A DNA stretch of 61,989 nucleotides, counting the filler, from Platydemus manokwari (Eukaryota), in the NCBI GenBank assembly GCA_037951405.1. It is 5 parts of 5 records of this genome, joined end to end, with 100 filler letters (N's around TTAATTAATTAA, not from the genome) between each part and the next. Parts side by side here need not be neighbours in the genome. Positions count along the whole stretch, not along the records: positions 1 to 20,542 come from JBBMOY011533633.1; positions 20,643 to 29,807 come from JBBMOY011289429.1; 3 more parts are not named here. One strand, given 5' to 3'. This document shows, one piece after another, positions 11,587 to 24,716 of this stretch (the first letter of the stretch is position 1; the number at the start of each line of letters is the position of its first letter). The translations under genes and the position numbers were made by a program. The notes under the pieces were generated by a model that ran no database searches, was not told where the DNA came from, and saw only the letters and a list, made by a program, of their open reading frames with translations.

Positions 11587-13352
11587 ATGCTTAAAACTAT
11601 TTTAACTGGTAAGATTTATTATTTAATAAGAAAATATCTACTCTCGATTTATTTTCAGTATTTTTTCTTTTTATTTTAAACATTTCATTATCATACTCGA
11701 TTATTTCAATTATAGAAGAATCAGAAGTGAAAGCCTATTGCAATTTATCTAATCTTATCAGTTTTACAAAAGATTTTGATAACTTTATGAAACATCTACC
11801 AGCAAATGTAACAAAATTAACAATAACATGCGACAATCAAAATATATCATTAAGTTCGAAATCATTTCCGAAAAATTTATCTCTAGATTATTTGCATTTT
11901 AATGGATTTTCAATCACAATGTTACCGGATTCTTTCAAAAATTTGAACAATTTAAAATATTTGGGTTTTAGTAATTGCACATTAAGAAATTTACAAGTGA
12001 ACCCATTCGGTCAATTAAATAATTTAGTTTATCTTAACTTATCATCGAATGCAATAAATGAATATAGTGATTTATTAATACCGTTTTATTCGAAAAATAG
12101 TCAATTAAATCTTTCTAATAATAATATTTCTTTTTTAAAAGAGCACGATTATAGTTATGCATTGAAATTTGTCGATTTAATCGATATTCGCAATAATACT
12201 CTCGCTTGTAATTGTGTTAATAAATGGATTTTTAGTCATAATTTTGATAGTCGTCATTTGAAAATTGATACAAAATCATTAAATAAATGTCTTGTTTCTC
12301 ATTTCAATCATTGCGATGACAATTCCGACCGTTTCAGTGGGAAATTTTCCACCACATTTACGTACCCATTTGCTGATATTGTGCTTGAATGTCCCATCAA
12401 TCGTAGTGTACAGCAATTTGAATATTGGATCAGTCCGCATAGTGATCGGTTCGGAATAAATAATTTTAACCACACAAACATTCTCAATCATGTCAAATTC
12501 ATCATTCAACCGTTATTTATTGAGACAATGATTTCGGTGAATGAGACATCATATTCATTACACATACACAATTTTCGCGGCTATTTCCGAGGTAATTGGA
12601 CTTGTGTAGCGATCGGTTCGACTGGACGATCGATATCGACGATAATCAATGTCGGAATAAAAGTGCGTACAAAGGAAATGTTTGATTTTTCAATAACCAT
12701 AGGCTTTAGTTTTGCAGGCGCATGGTTATTGGTAGCGATCTGTTTAGGATTGATACAGTATTGTAAAGAAACATCGTGTTGTCGACATAAAATCGATTAT
12801 AACAAATCGAGTCTGTTTGAGAAACGTTACGTACAAACGGTCATACCGGTGCCGTTTGTCGATAGCATGTCCGAATCGTCATCGAATGACAGCGATGTCA
12901 ATTGTTCGAAACCGTTGAACCGAACACGATACGATTCACATAATAATGATGTTCAATTGATATTCAAAGATCAGGAATTAGCAGACGAATATGCCCAAAT
13001 GCTTTCACAATTGAAAGAAGCTAGTGAAACCGGTGATGAGAACTTTAAAGATCGTTTGACGACGCTCCGAACTCGATTCAGTATCGATTTCAACAAGATG
13101 AGATTTGAATTGAAACGAGGAATGGAATCGTTGAAGTCGAATAGTTCGGCTGCGGCACACAAATTGCGAAAGAGCGTCGGCCATATGAAAGATCATATGA
13201 AGAGTTTTACGGAATTTTGTGGAACATCATCAATGGCTCAAAGTATTTCCATAGTGGTGATATCAGAAAATCCCAACACAAACGATCCAAACCGATCCAA
13301 TTATTATCACAGTCACGAAAAGAAAGTTTTTCACTTCTTTGAACCTCTGTAA
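11587..13352 (+). CDS. Type I membrane LRR-Ig (LIG family) protein, IGLR-2/LRRN-like; 2 coding exons, 571 aa
   Basis: ATG exon 11587-11608, 50-nt intron (gtaag...ttttcag), then exon 11659-13352. This restores a signal peptide (MLKTILTVFFLFILNISLSYS) that the ORF track misses. LxxLxLxxN repeats, LRR-CT (NTLACNCVNKW), one Ig domain (VLECP...WISP...GNWTCVA), a TM helix (ITIGFSFAGAWLLVAICLGLI) and a helical cytoplasmic tail. Confidence 0.88.
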
Positions 13353-16292
13353 ATGGCTGTAAACCCTTTGTTAGATACTTATCTCTCTTTTTTTGTTATT
13401 CTGATAATAATAATTCGTTGATATTATAATAATAATTATAATTATTATTTACGTAGTTTTAATCAGTTTTTGTTCATTAATTTGACGTGATTCTCATCAA
13501 GTGTGCGTTATTTTTCATTTTGATCACGACTCATTTTTATTGGAAAATTGTACACAGATAAATATAAATAGATGATTTTATTTCTGATTTTTTTTGGTGC
13601 CATGATTTGTCATTAAATATCATTTTTCCCTTTCGTCATTTCCATATTTGGTGATATTGAGTGGGTTGGAAATAGACTTTCAAATCAAACCAGTGATTTT
13701 AGAAATAATTATTGATTTTTGACACTCACCCACTGGAATCCGGATTGTATATTATTGTTATTATATAATCAATTACTGATCTAATGTCGTCCCACATGGT
13801 GGTATTGTGTTATTGTGACAACTCTAATGATTCCAAACAACACAATCTTGTTCGAAGACAAATTAAAATATTAAATTTATTACAACAGATAATGTGTTCT
13901 GATTAATGTGGTGTATGTGGCCAACAGTAAGTTGAAAACAATGAATGAAATCCGATAATTTTTATGTCTGTATATTAATACCATTAAATTAGATTTAAAA
14001 TCGTTTTGGATAAGCCAATAAAGAAATCTACATTTTTCGTCTGTGATCGAATAAAATACATTTTAAAATCTACCTGAAAAACTTCACATTATTTTACACT
14101 TATCAGAATTAATATTTGTTGACATTTTCAACTAATCAATATTCATGATTTTCTTCATTTGAACGATTTAGTGAATGAAAAAAATGTACTTTAAGATCTA
14201 ATAGTACTTTTATTGTTAAATTTCTAAGTCGTCATATGGAATATTATTTTTTAATATCGACTGTAAAGGATTACATGAAAATGTTCTTAAGGAAATTAAA
14301 AAATACATAAGCAACTTTCAACGTTTAAAATTTCGATATCAAAGAAAATTTTTGTTTGCATGTCAATCTGTTTAAAACAGCTGTGGTTGTGGGTAATAAA
14401 AATCTATAGATTATTAATAAAATATTTCATTTGCAGTAAAATTTTTCTACGTCATAAATATTGATTGTAGAATCAAAATAATATAAGTAGTCAATTAAAC
14501 TCATATTTAAAAAAAAAGTTCTAGAATTACATTCAGCTGTCCTACGTAACATTAACAACTTTACTGTTTGTGCATATATTCATAAGAATAAGGAATTGCA
14601 CAGAGTTTATTATCACTTATTATTAATGACAATAACTTGATTTATAAGTGAATATACAAAAATCGATCTCAATTAAGTTACAAATTGAAAATCACCTTAT
14701 ACTGTGATATGACGCAATTTAAAATTTCCTCTCATAATTTAAACTAAATAAACTGAAATATGATTTCGAGTAATTTTAACAATAATAAATTAGATAAATT
14801 TATAGATTGTTTATAATTGTGAAAATCCAGTATCATAAATATTTATCAAACATTTTTTCACTTTCAATTCGCTATAATCTCGTTGTACGATTGAAGAAAA
14901 TGATTTACAATTCATGAATATAAACTTCAAAATTCAGAAAGCACTAAACATCGACTTGAAAACTAATAGTTAGAAGAATTTTTCTTTCTATAATAGGAAT
15001 TTTTTCTCCACAAAGCATGTAATATTTGAAAAAAGTTACCTAATTTTAGAGCAATTAATTAAAGGAAACTAGGCAACGATTCCTAATATTTTTAATTGCA
15101 TCGGAGTATGTATGTTAAAAGTTATGCTACTGGATAAAATGACAAATATTTGTGTAGCAAACAAGTACGAAAAAATCAATGTTGTATTACCAGAACGTTC
15201 TCATTAGCTTATTGGGTTAACATGGAAGAATTGAATTGATTGTCACATGATTTTGATTTTTTCCATTTTGAAAATAAAACAACTATCTTGTTTTAATTCA
15301 TGATCAATATAATTCATTAAAAATAATTTATGAATTTATTAAAAATTTGTTTCGACTTTCGAATCAAATGTGTTATTTTATGGTTAATAATATGATATCG
15401 TATTAATTTCATAGTCAAACGTATCATTAAACCGTGATGCGATTAGTTTGTTTACAAAATAGAAATGCAACCGGTGTTAAAAATAGTAAATTGTGACCTC
15501 AAAATTTATTGTTGTCAGACTAAAAAAGTTATTCTTATATTTGAGAAAATATTGGTTATCGATTAAGTATATTAAAACAAAATTACAATTTTCCTCTAAA
15601 TCTATCAACAGAGTCATTAAATAATTTAATAAAAAATAAATAAAAGAAAATACGTTTATCTATAATTTTTAATTTATTTTTGGAGAACTGTTCAATATCA
15701 GTGTTAGTTAAAAATATTTAAAATCGAATTAATTATTTACTTAAATGCTCATGGCAAAAGAAAGTAAAATAAATTGAAACAGTATTTTATGTTATTATTT
15801 TGCAGACCAATGAATCTTGAAATGAAATACGATTTTAAAAAGAATTGAAGAGGAAAAAAGAATCAAAAGAATTTTTGAAAATATAAAAAAAATAAATAAT
15901 ATTTCGTCAAAAAGTTGTTAATAATACAACATCTTGAAAAAGACTTCTCGTTGACATTTCAATGTTTGCATAAAGATACTGATATATAATTCTATTTATT
16001 ATTTAATGTGCTATTGATAAGAATAAGTACTTTGGTCGGTTAAATGAGACAGTAACGCACTTAATCGAAAATAGAGCCATATATTTATCGTTCGAAGTTT
16101 AAACCAATTGCATGTTGGAATAATTATATTATATCTATCGCTTTTAAATCATAACTTTTCATTAAGGCTTTGCAATTTTATTTTAAATAAAACAATTAAT
16201 TTCAAATCAGTTTAATTGAATATTCGTCGCTGTCATTGAGTAATGAATCTCCATTATTATTGAAATGATTAATTAAGCGACTTTCAAAAATA

Positions 16293-17465
16293 TGTTGGGG
16301 TCTTGACAGTTTTGATCCAACAATTAATTCACAGTGATTATTATTAATTATATCTTAACAACTCTTAGGACATCTGAGTGAAATAGGCTTAAAATATTAC
16401 AATATATTAGTATTTATAATAATTATTATTAATAAATATTTAAAATAATAATATTAGCAAAACCAACCTAGAACAAATCCATTGAAATTTCCTTATATAA
16501 TAAATTTATTTATAAAATAACAATACGCAATATATTATCGCTCACACAAATTCTCTCACAGAATAAAATATTCATTCGATTAAATTTAATCAGAGAGAAT
16601 ATTTCTCTGTACAATAAATTGAATCGAAAAATTTCTCTGTTCAGTAAAAAAATTCCTGTGATAAAATAATAAATTCACTGGCATTAGATTTAATCGCAAA
16701 GAATATATGCGAGTGATTCTCCACTGCTTATATAAGGTAGCAGTTACAATTAACACTGCCATTATTTTTCGAATTACTGAATACGCAGTTACACACCACA
16801 TAGATTGTCATATACGAGAGAAGATACATTATTTTGCAATTCAATCAACGTATTATAGAAGACCATCCAGTGCCGAAGAACGGGATTTCCTATGTGCCCA
16901 GTATTTTACCGGAAGGCCCCAGAGTAAGATTAGTTTGTGTAAAATACTAATATATATATATTATATGTTGTATCGTTTATCTCTTATTATCGAGTTTTCA
17001 CTCAATCACCTTGAAAGGTAAGGGTTCAGCTTCACTAGTAGGAGTGTGTTAACCATCTTTTTATCCAGGAATTGTAAAGGTTTGTTATGGGTTTTTATTT
17101 TTATTTTATTTGTCAATTAATTTGTATCGGCGTCAATTATTAATAAACATTTGTAGTGGCGAGTTTTAGTAATTTATTAAATAGTTATCAAAATAATTGT
17201 CCATTATCACTGATATCACCATAGTTAATAATTTAAATAGGTTATATAATCTGAGAGTGATAGTTAAGATAATTAAGATATAACACGATTGCCACACCTA
17301 TTATATTCATATAATAAGGTTGTACGAGGTGAAGGAACAATAAAATAAGGTAGATTACACCTGTGGCCTTAATCAAGAGGTCATGGAGACTGATTAAGAC
17401 AGTAGTAATATCAAGTAAAATTAAGATTAATAAAACAATTAAATCAATAAGGCCAGGACGTATCA
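16293..17465 (+). mobile_element. Solo LTR, family A copy 2 (Gypsy-like, 4-bp TSD)
   Basis: Starts TGTTGGGG and ends GGCCAGGACGTATCA. Flanked by AATA on both sides (16289-16292 and 17466-17469). Colinear with 50486-51746; internal TATATAAGG and AATAAA. Confidence 0.85.
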
Positions 17466-18199
17466 AATACATATAAATTATTCTGCCATGTAATCTAATC
17501 AGAAGCTTTTTTGATAAAGTTATTTTGATTAGTTATTTATTAAACCATTGCAATCACAACCCTCTTAAAGAATAACTGTCGTATATTTTAATAATGGTTT
17601 AAATTAAATTTCTTCAAACAGCAAAATGAATGCATGTAATCCGACTTTGGATTCAGACTTTATACAAAGTTATTTTTCTATCAGAAACACCTTAGTGTGC
17701 ATTAATATAATACAACAATAAGTTTCGTTAAGCACAAAACAACTTGATAACCTCATATAGCTTACTAAGACTTATTAGCATTACATCATGAGACCACAAA
17801 AATCGACAAGATTAAGTTTTCAGTGAAGTATTCATAAAAAATATTTTAAAAACTAAAATTAATTTAAATCCTGATGAATACTTAGTTGAAATGTTTGTTG
17901 GGATTTGGAACTAATAACAATCTGTAAAAGGGCAATGATATGATAAAAATTGAGTATCGATGCATAAAAGTATTCTGCATGAAATAATATTGAATATGTT
18001 AATGTAAATTTCAGGAAATTCTGCGGTTGATATAAATAAAATACAATATCAATTAAATTTCAAATAATTTTATATAACCAGTTTATACCATCTATTAAAA
18101 TAAAACAACTTAAAAACCCTTTGAAAATTAATCCTACAATAAAAATATCCATAAAAATAATAATGAATAACTTGTTATAAATTATCGCGCACTAAATTA

Positions 18200-20542
18200 A
18201 TTGCCTCCCATTATCGCGTGCAGTGGATAAAATAAGCAGGCAGGATCAAATAAAAAGGCATTCCCTAAATTTAATCACAGGGAATTTATTTCTGCTATAA
18301 GAAATTCCTGTACAATAAATATATATGCACTATATTGAATAAGTATTCGTAGAGAATATCTACAAATGACTCATGGCTACATACATAATATTACGATCCA
18401 GTGGAGGACAAGAACATCAATTGCATAAGGGGTCCGGAATTTTAATATGCTCAGTACACGTACTGGAAAATTCAACATAATAGGTTTAAGTAAGCAACCA
18501 ATAATTTTAAAATCATCATTTATTTATGACAACCGCATATTCATACTATTTATCGGGTTTGATCCCAAAGCTCTTGAAAAAATTGATTTTACTCTTCTCG
18601 GAAGTTTGTTAACCATTAGCTTTTCCAAAAGTTGCACCCAAACTCTGCCGTTTAAGAGTGTTTGGGTATTTGTAAAAATAAATTTTGGTGTCATATTGAT
18701 AAAGGCTTATTTAAAGTAGAATCTTGTTCTAATATTGAAATTGGCAAGTGCCATAGAGTATCATCTCATTTTCAATAAAATTATCACCTTCTGTATCTTT
18801 TGGTAAGGTGCGATCGAGGTAGTTAGAAATTTAAAGTTTAAAAAATAATTATGAATCAATAAAGTAGTGTCTAGAGTCGCTCGTCCCCATCTCCGTACGT
18901 GGATTAGAGCTGATCGAGTCGAAAGAACATAATAATATTAGTTAGTGATTACATGTGGGTCTTTAGAACTCCAGAGTACTGATAAACTCGGACATTATAA
19001 AAAATGTGTCAAAATTAGTTGTAATAATAAAAACCTAAATAAATCAAAGACCCCAAGAAATCAATATATTAATAAATTTGGTCAATACTGTTCAATAATA
19101 TTAATTCAGTTTTCTTTCATTAAAATTGTATAATCTTAATGTTCAAATCTTCCTTATAAGAAGGTGATTTCAAGTAATAAATAAATAGGAGAATTTTATA
19201 AAGAATGTTGAATTGTAAAAATTACTGGAAATCATTTTATTTTTACATGGAAATGTAAAGATGTATGAAATTAAGTACCTCCCACGGTCATAACATTGAC
19301 GTGAAACAAGAGGAAATTCATTATTCCTAAATTTCAAATAAGAAGACGAGATTAAAAATAATGATTAATTTAACGTATTTAGCTGCTTGACCAATTAAAA
19401 ATTCTTAAGGATCAAAAGACTTACAGACATGGACCCTAGGCTTTGGTGAAAAATCAAAAAGTGATTTAAAATCCATTTTCTAAATGAAAATAGTGTTCGT
19501 AAAGCATTGTTGTGTTCTTGTTCGTGATCTTGGTTTAAGACAGTGATTCATTGTGTCGGGAAAGCATAGATAGACTAGTGCTGTACTCAGGTAGTGAGGA
19601 AGACGAAAATGAAAAAATATCCATAACCATCAGTTCATACTGTGCATGGAAGAAGAAAATTAGTGACTCGGAGATGTCAAGATATCAGACCACAAGAAAG
19701 AAGCATGGTCTGATAAACAGGGAATCAGAGAGTTAAATTAAGACCCACAACACTTGGCAGGAAATGCTCAGTTTATAAAAGACCAGGGGAAAGTAAAACC
19801 GGTGCGTGGATTTGGGTACTTGAGATCAGCAGAATTCCCAAAAACAATCTTCAAGTCTTCGAATCCTTCTAATCAAATCAATCCAAAAGACGTTTATAAT
19901 TTATTGACTTAATATTGATTCATTGATCCTTTCTGGACTTAATCCAGAAAGCTTACATAACATTTTTAATAATATTTAAAACAGCTTTAGAGATTAAGAT
20001 GCAATTGGAGAGGTTGTAGTATAAGCTAATAATAATTAGTTTCAGAAAATTTGTTTGAATGGGTCATAACGAGGTCTTGATTTGTGAAAGAGAAAGTTTT
20101 TAGCGTTTTACATAAGCATTTCCCAAGAAAATTTTGTTTCAAGAAAGAACCCAATAATTCTGAAAAGTGTTAAAGATTTCTCTAATTTTTCTAAGCTTTT
20201 AATCAAATAAAATCATGATTCTCTATTGTCATAAGAAACTTCTATCTTGTTGCAGAACTCTCCCATTTTGATAGATGACCTAGATATGAGTATTGTCATA
20301 ATGTTATAGCCCTCCCTCCTATGATTCTAGAGTGTAAATAAAGGATCTCAGATTTTGAAAAACAGTACTTTCAAATTCAGCATGACACTATTACCTCTGG
20401 AAAATATCGAAATAATGAAAATCAAACCAGGAAATTTCGATTTATTTCCGGGAAGCTGTCAGGTAACTAAAAATAATTATCCTTTTATAATAAGAATTGT
20501 CATTTATTTTTAATTAGACTATTATGTCATAAACCTAAAAAT
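18200..20542 (+). mobile_element. Highly decayed LTR-retrotransposon-like remnant
   Basis: 18260-18400 weakly resembles the family A LTR core. 19300-20500 is purine-rich, broken coding-like sequence with a GPY-like stretch (FPGSCQVTK) near 20445. Weak. Confidence 0.25.
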
Positions 20543-20642
20543 NNNNNNNNNNNNNNNNNNNNNNNNNNNNNNNNNNNNNNNNNNNNTTAATTAATTAANN
20601 NNNNNNNNNNNNNNNNNNNNNNNNNNNNNNNNNNNNNNNNNN
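20543..20642. other. Assembly gap with artificial TTAATTAATTAA spacer
   Basis: 44 N + ttaattaattaa + 44 N; the same layout recurs at 29808, 39934 and 52612. Confidence 0.95.
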
Positions 20643-23600
20643 ACATATCATATTTCTCTACTATCAACTGACAATTGGCCATCTCTACATCAATGTTTAT
20701 CCTTGAGATTAGTTTGTAATTTGTGTATCACGTTTTGATTTGATCCTTTGTTTCTCAAGTTTCTATTGGAATTATTGATTTTGTCAATTATATGATGGTT
20801 GAAATGTGGTTAGATAATTCCACCAATATTCGACTCATCACAATACCGAAACTTAGGTTGCGTGGATTAATTCTAGTTATTAATAAATAATTTTAATAAT
20901 TCTAGTTATAAAATAAACAGCAAAATTCTCTTCCCCTACTTGGCATGAACTACCAATTGTTATTTTCAAACAAAAACTTCCTACATTAGGAAGTTAATCT
21001 TATTTTCAATTTTTGAATCATTTAAATAAACCATATTTATCAAATAATTATTTTATATTATTTATTTATTTATTATTTTTACTTAATAATTATTTTCATT
21101 ATTATTCTATTTTAATTTCTTTTTTAATATTACAATTTTTTTAGCATTTATCATTTTAACATTAATTTCTCTCTTTAAATTTAATATTTTAATTAATTTT
21201 CAACCTTAAGCTTTTAGATTAAACTAATTATTAGACTCTTTCAAGATTATTAAAATCTTTATAATTACAATGTATTTTATATTGTGACAATGAAGTGCCC
21301 TGAAAATGCTGAAATATCAGTGTGGGGAACTATTACCTCCGAATTCTGGTGAAAAAGGAAGTCCATGGAGAAATAATTTAGAAGGTCAAATTCCCTTTCG
21401 GGTAATATAAAAATTAATAAAAAAAATAAGAAATTACTCAGAGCTCTTTTGAATTTGATAGCTTGAATATTTTTTATCAAAAATTTAATCTTTAATACTG
21501 TTTTTTGTTACTTTTTGTTTTGTTTACCTCATATTGGTAGTTTATTTTCTTTACTTACTCAATTGTCATGGTAACCAAGTAAGTTTTCATGGCAAATTAT
21601 GAATTGTCATAACTGTTTCTATTTCTATATAGTGTATTTATTCATTATTTATTGTACTTTATTGTTTTATTTAATTTTATCAAATCGGTTGATTTAAGTG
21701 TTTTTTCTAATCATATGTTTTATCATCATTCATTATGTTTAATTAAGAATTATTTTTCAAGATCATAAGTGAGAAATGCTTCGATTAATCGATAAGTCAA
21801 AACTTTTGTTTGAGCTTGTTACATAATTTTATTTTATTACTTGAAGTAAATTTCTAAGCGGCACAAGTTGAGAATTTTTAGAATTGTTTCCTAATCACAT
21901 AAAATTTTTGAGAAGTTACGTTTTGAATGTTTTGAGAGATTTTAAATTGTTTCCTCACAAGTTTAAGTTTTTGAGAGGTTATGTTTTAGCATGAGCTTTA
22001 AATTATTAGATGGATTGAAAGATATTGGTTTTAATAAAGTTTTTGAGATGTTCGACATGTATTTTAATACGAGAAATTGTTTTACCATGAATTATTGAAC
22101 GGAAAATTGTTTTACATAAAATATTGAATTGGCGAAATATTTTTCAGATTTTTGGGAAATATATTTTTTGTTTCCTTTAATAAACAATTCTTTTGCTATT
22201 TTGTATTTTACCGGATGTATCCATCTTTACTTTTATAATTTTTTTGTTTCCTTTTTACTTATTTGTTATAAATTATTTGATTCTTTATTTTTCTTATATA
22301 TATAATCGATGAACCAAAATAGCCAAACATACCCAAATGTTATCTTAGTGCTGAAATTCAAGTGCGTAGAATTAAAGTATGTTTTGAGTGTTTTTGATTG
22401 ACTATTTACATAAATTTTATGATTTTATTCTCTGCCCACCTTTGTGACGTGACATGTTTTGTTCAATCTTTGTTATATCATACTGATCTTTGTTCTTTTT
22501 CACGAAGTGCCTTTGTTTCGGAGATTTTCTTTGTTAAAAATATGCACTGCCTATCTTAAAATTACATTATTGTAATATATAAAGAACATTTATTTATTTT
22601 AATTATATTTAAAAAAATTATTTTTGTATAATTTAATTTACCTTTTTAATATTGTCGAGTAGATCACAAATCAATCAAAATTGCCACAAGAACCAGAGAA
22701 AGAATCCTAAAATGGGTCGATACACACACACCAGATAAACACATTTAATCAATATTTAGAAGCTAAGAATCGACAGGCTCATACTTACAAACGGCAGCAA
22801 GCTCAAATATCCGCGGATTTTAAGCAGATTGTCCACGAACAAATTCAGTAAATGGAAAACGAAAATCCGTGACTTCACGCAGACACACCCGATAGATATA
22901 TGAAAGACGTTGAGTTCCATGAATATCTGTCAGTTTTTTTTGTTAGTAACTTAAGTACTGAGCTTATCTTTGTGTGATTTTTAGTAATCAGTGTTTTTGA
23001 TTACTTTCCATTCTGTCTTGAGTGATTTTCTTTGTGAATTGTGAAAAGATTTACAGTTGTTACGGAAACTTTGATTGTGATATTTTGGTTAATACAATTT
23101 ACAGATTTAAATTGTTTATTGATAGCCCAACAATATATTTAGTCGCGAAATCATATACAAAAGTATCTTATTTCGAGAACATTTATGACATTAATTTATC
23201 CAGAAAATTGATACCATATTGTTAGGCTTTTCTATAAATAAATAAGTAATAAAATAAGTTCGATTGTTATCCCTTTAATAGATTTCAAATTCAAATTCGT
23301 TTAACAAATGCATTTGCCGGTGTTAAATCACATATTTTCAATCAGACTATAATTTTTAACAAATCACGATTACACAGATTTTAACTCAATCTATTAAATT
23401 AAATGTTGCATGTGAAAAACTTAGGAGCATCTTCCTGTTCAAATCCACAATAGATTTTGTTTTATAAACAATTTATTTTATAAACAATAAACATCATTAT
23501 CTGAAATAAAATTAAATTACAAATGAGTTGACAAATGTCATAAAATACAATTATGTGATTTATCGCTCGAAATTCGTCTATTATATGCAATGGATTAAGT

Positions 23601-24716
23601 TAAATCATTAACCCGTGGATATAGATTGTAAAAATCAGGGTTCCGTTTTCTGCACTAAATTCCACATTATTTTGTTCTAATTTTTAATTGTATTACTTTT
23701 CAAATCGGTATATTTAATGTTAAACCCAAGATAATCTTTCTCTTATATATGAAATAATAAGATAAACGTGTAAGTAACAATTAACAGAGAAATATTTTAA
23801 AATTTTTAATAAAATTATAAAACTAAAATCATTTATTATAATTATTAAATATTCAACAATTCAATCTCTTTACATGATCACTATAGAGTTTTCCTTGGCC
23901 ATTTCAAGTACAATATAGCCACTTCAAACACAATAAAAATATTTAATCCTATTTTAAAACTATAAAAACATTTTAATTTAGAAAATGAAATTGTTAATTC
24001 TATCTCTAATCATCTATCAATTGATATTATCAATTTATTTCTCAAAAATCTCTGATTGAGAATTTAAAATTTATGATTGATGAAAAAGGTTCACGTTTTT
24101 ATATTTTAATCTGAAATTTATTTTTCAGAATTTTAGACCGATCTTTAATAATTAACGTCATTATTCAATGATATTTTTTGAAATAAATGCAAAAGAAATT
24201 GAATCGATAATATTTATTTTAATTTTATTTACACAAATCCGTGCTATGTAATACAACCTTTTAAAATTAGTTACGCTATTATTCTTAACAGAAACCCCTA
24301 ATTTCAGTTACTTTCAAAGATCTAATTCGAACTACTTAAAAATTGGTTTTATGTTAAAGTATAAACACGCTTTTAATTCTTTTTCATATTTTCCAATTTG
24401 ATATTTTATATTTATGCTAAATTAAAACATTTCATTATATAAGCAAATTTATTTAATTTTTTTTGCAGTACTCAAATTTGTATACTTGACTCCGGTATAC
24501 GATCGCGATAAATTGTGATTGTTATTCTTTAATCATGATTTAAAACATTTTATTCTACTGATAGTTGTAAGTAGAATTTTTATGAAACTTTTAATTATGA
24601 AAGTATAACCTTTATTTTTAAAACGCTAATACTGTCAAGCTGTTCCTGTATTAGATTAAGCACCATATGGTTGAGTATTTAAAATATAAATCTTTCTGAT
24701 TATTGCTGAACAGCTT

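Noticed and set aside
20587-20598. TTAATTAATTAA palindrome recurring in four N-gaps
   Set aside because: Identical 44N-12bp-44N layout each time; a scaffolding spacer with stops in all six frames, not biology.
22653-23260. LTR-like segments at ~22653-23260 and ~28830-29500 (TATA-like and AATAAA motifs; the first begins TG)
   Set aside because: No second copy in the window and no matching TSD or CA end could be defined; plausible but unsupported.
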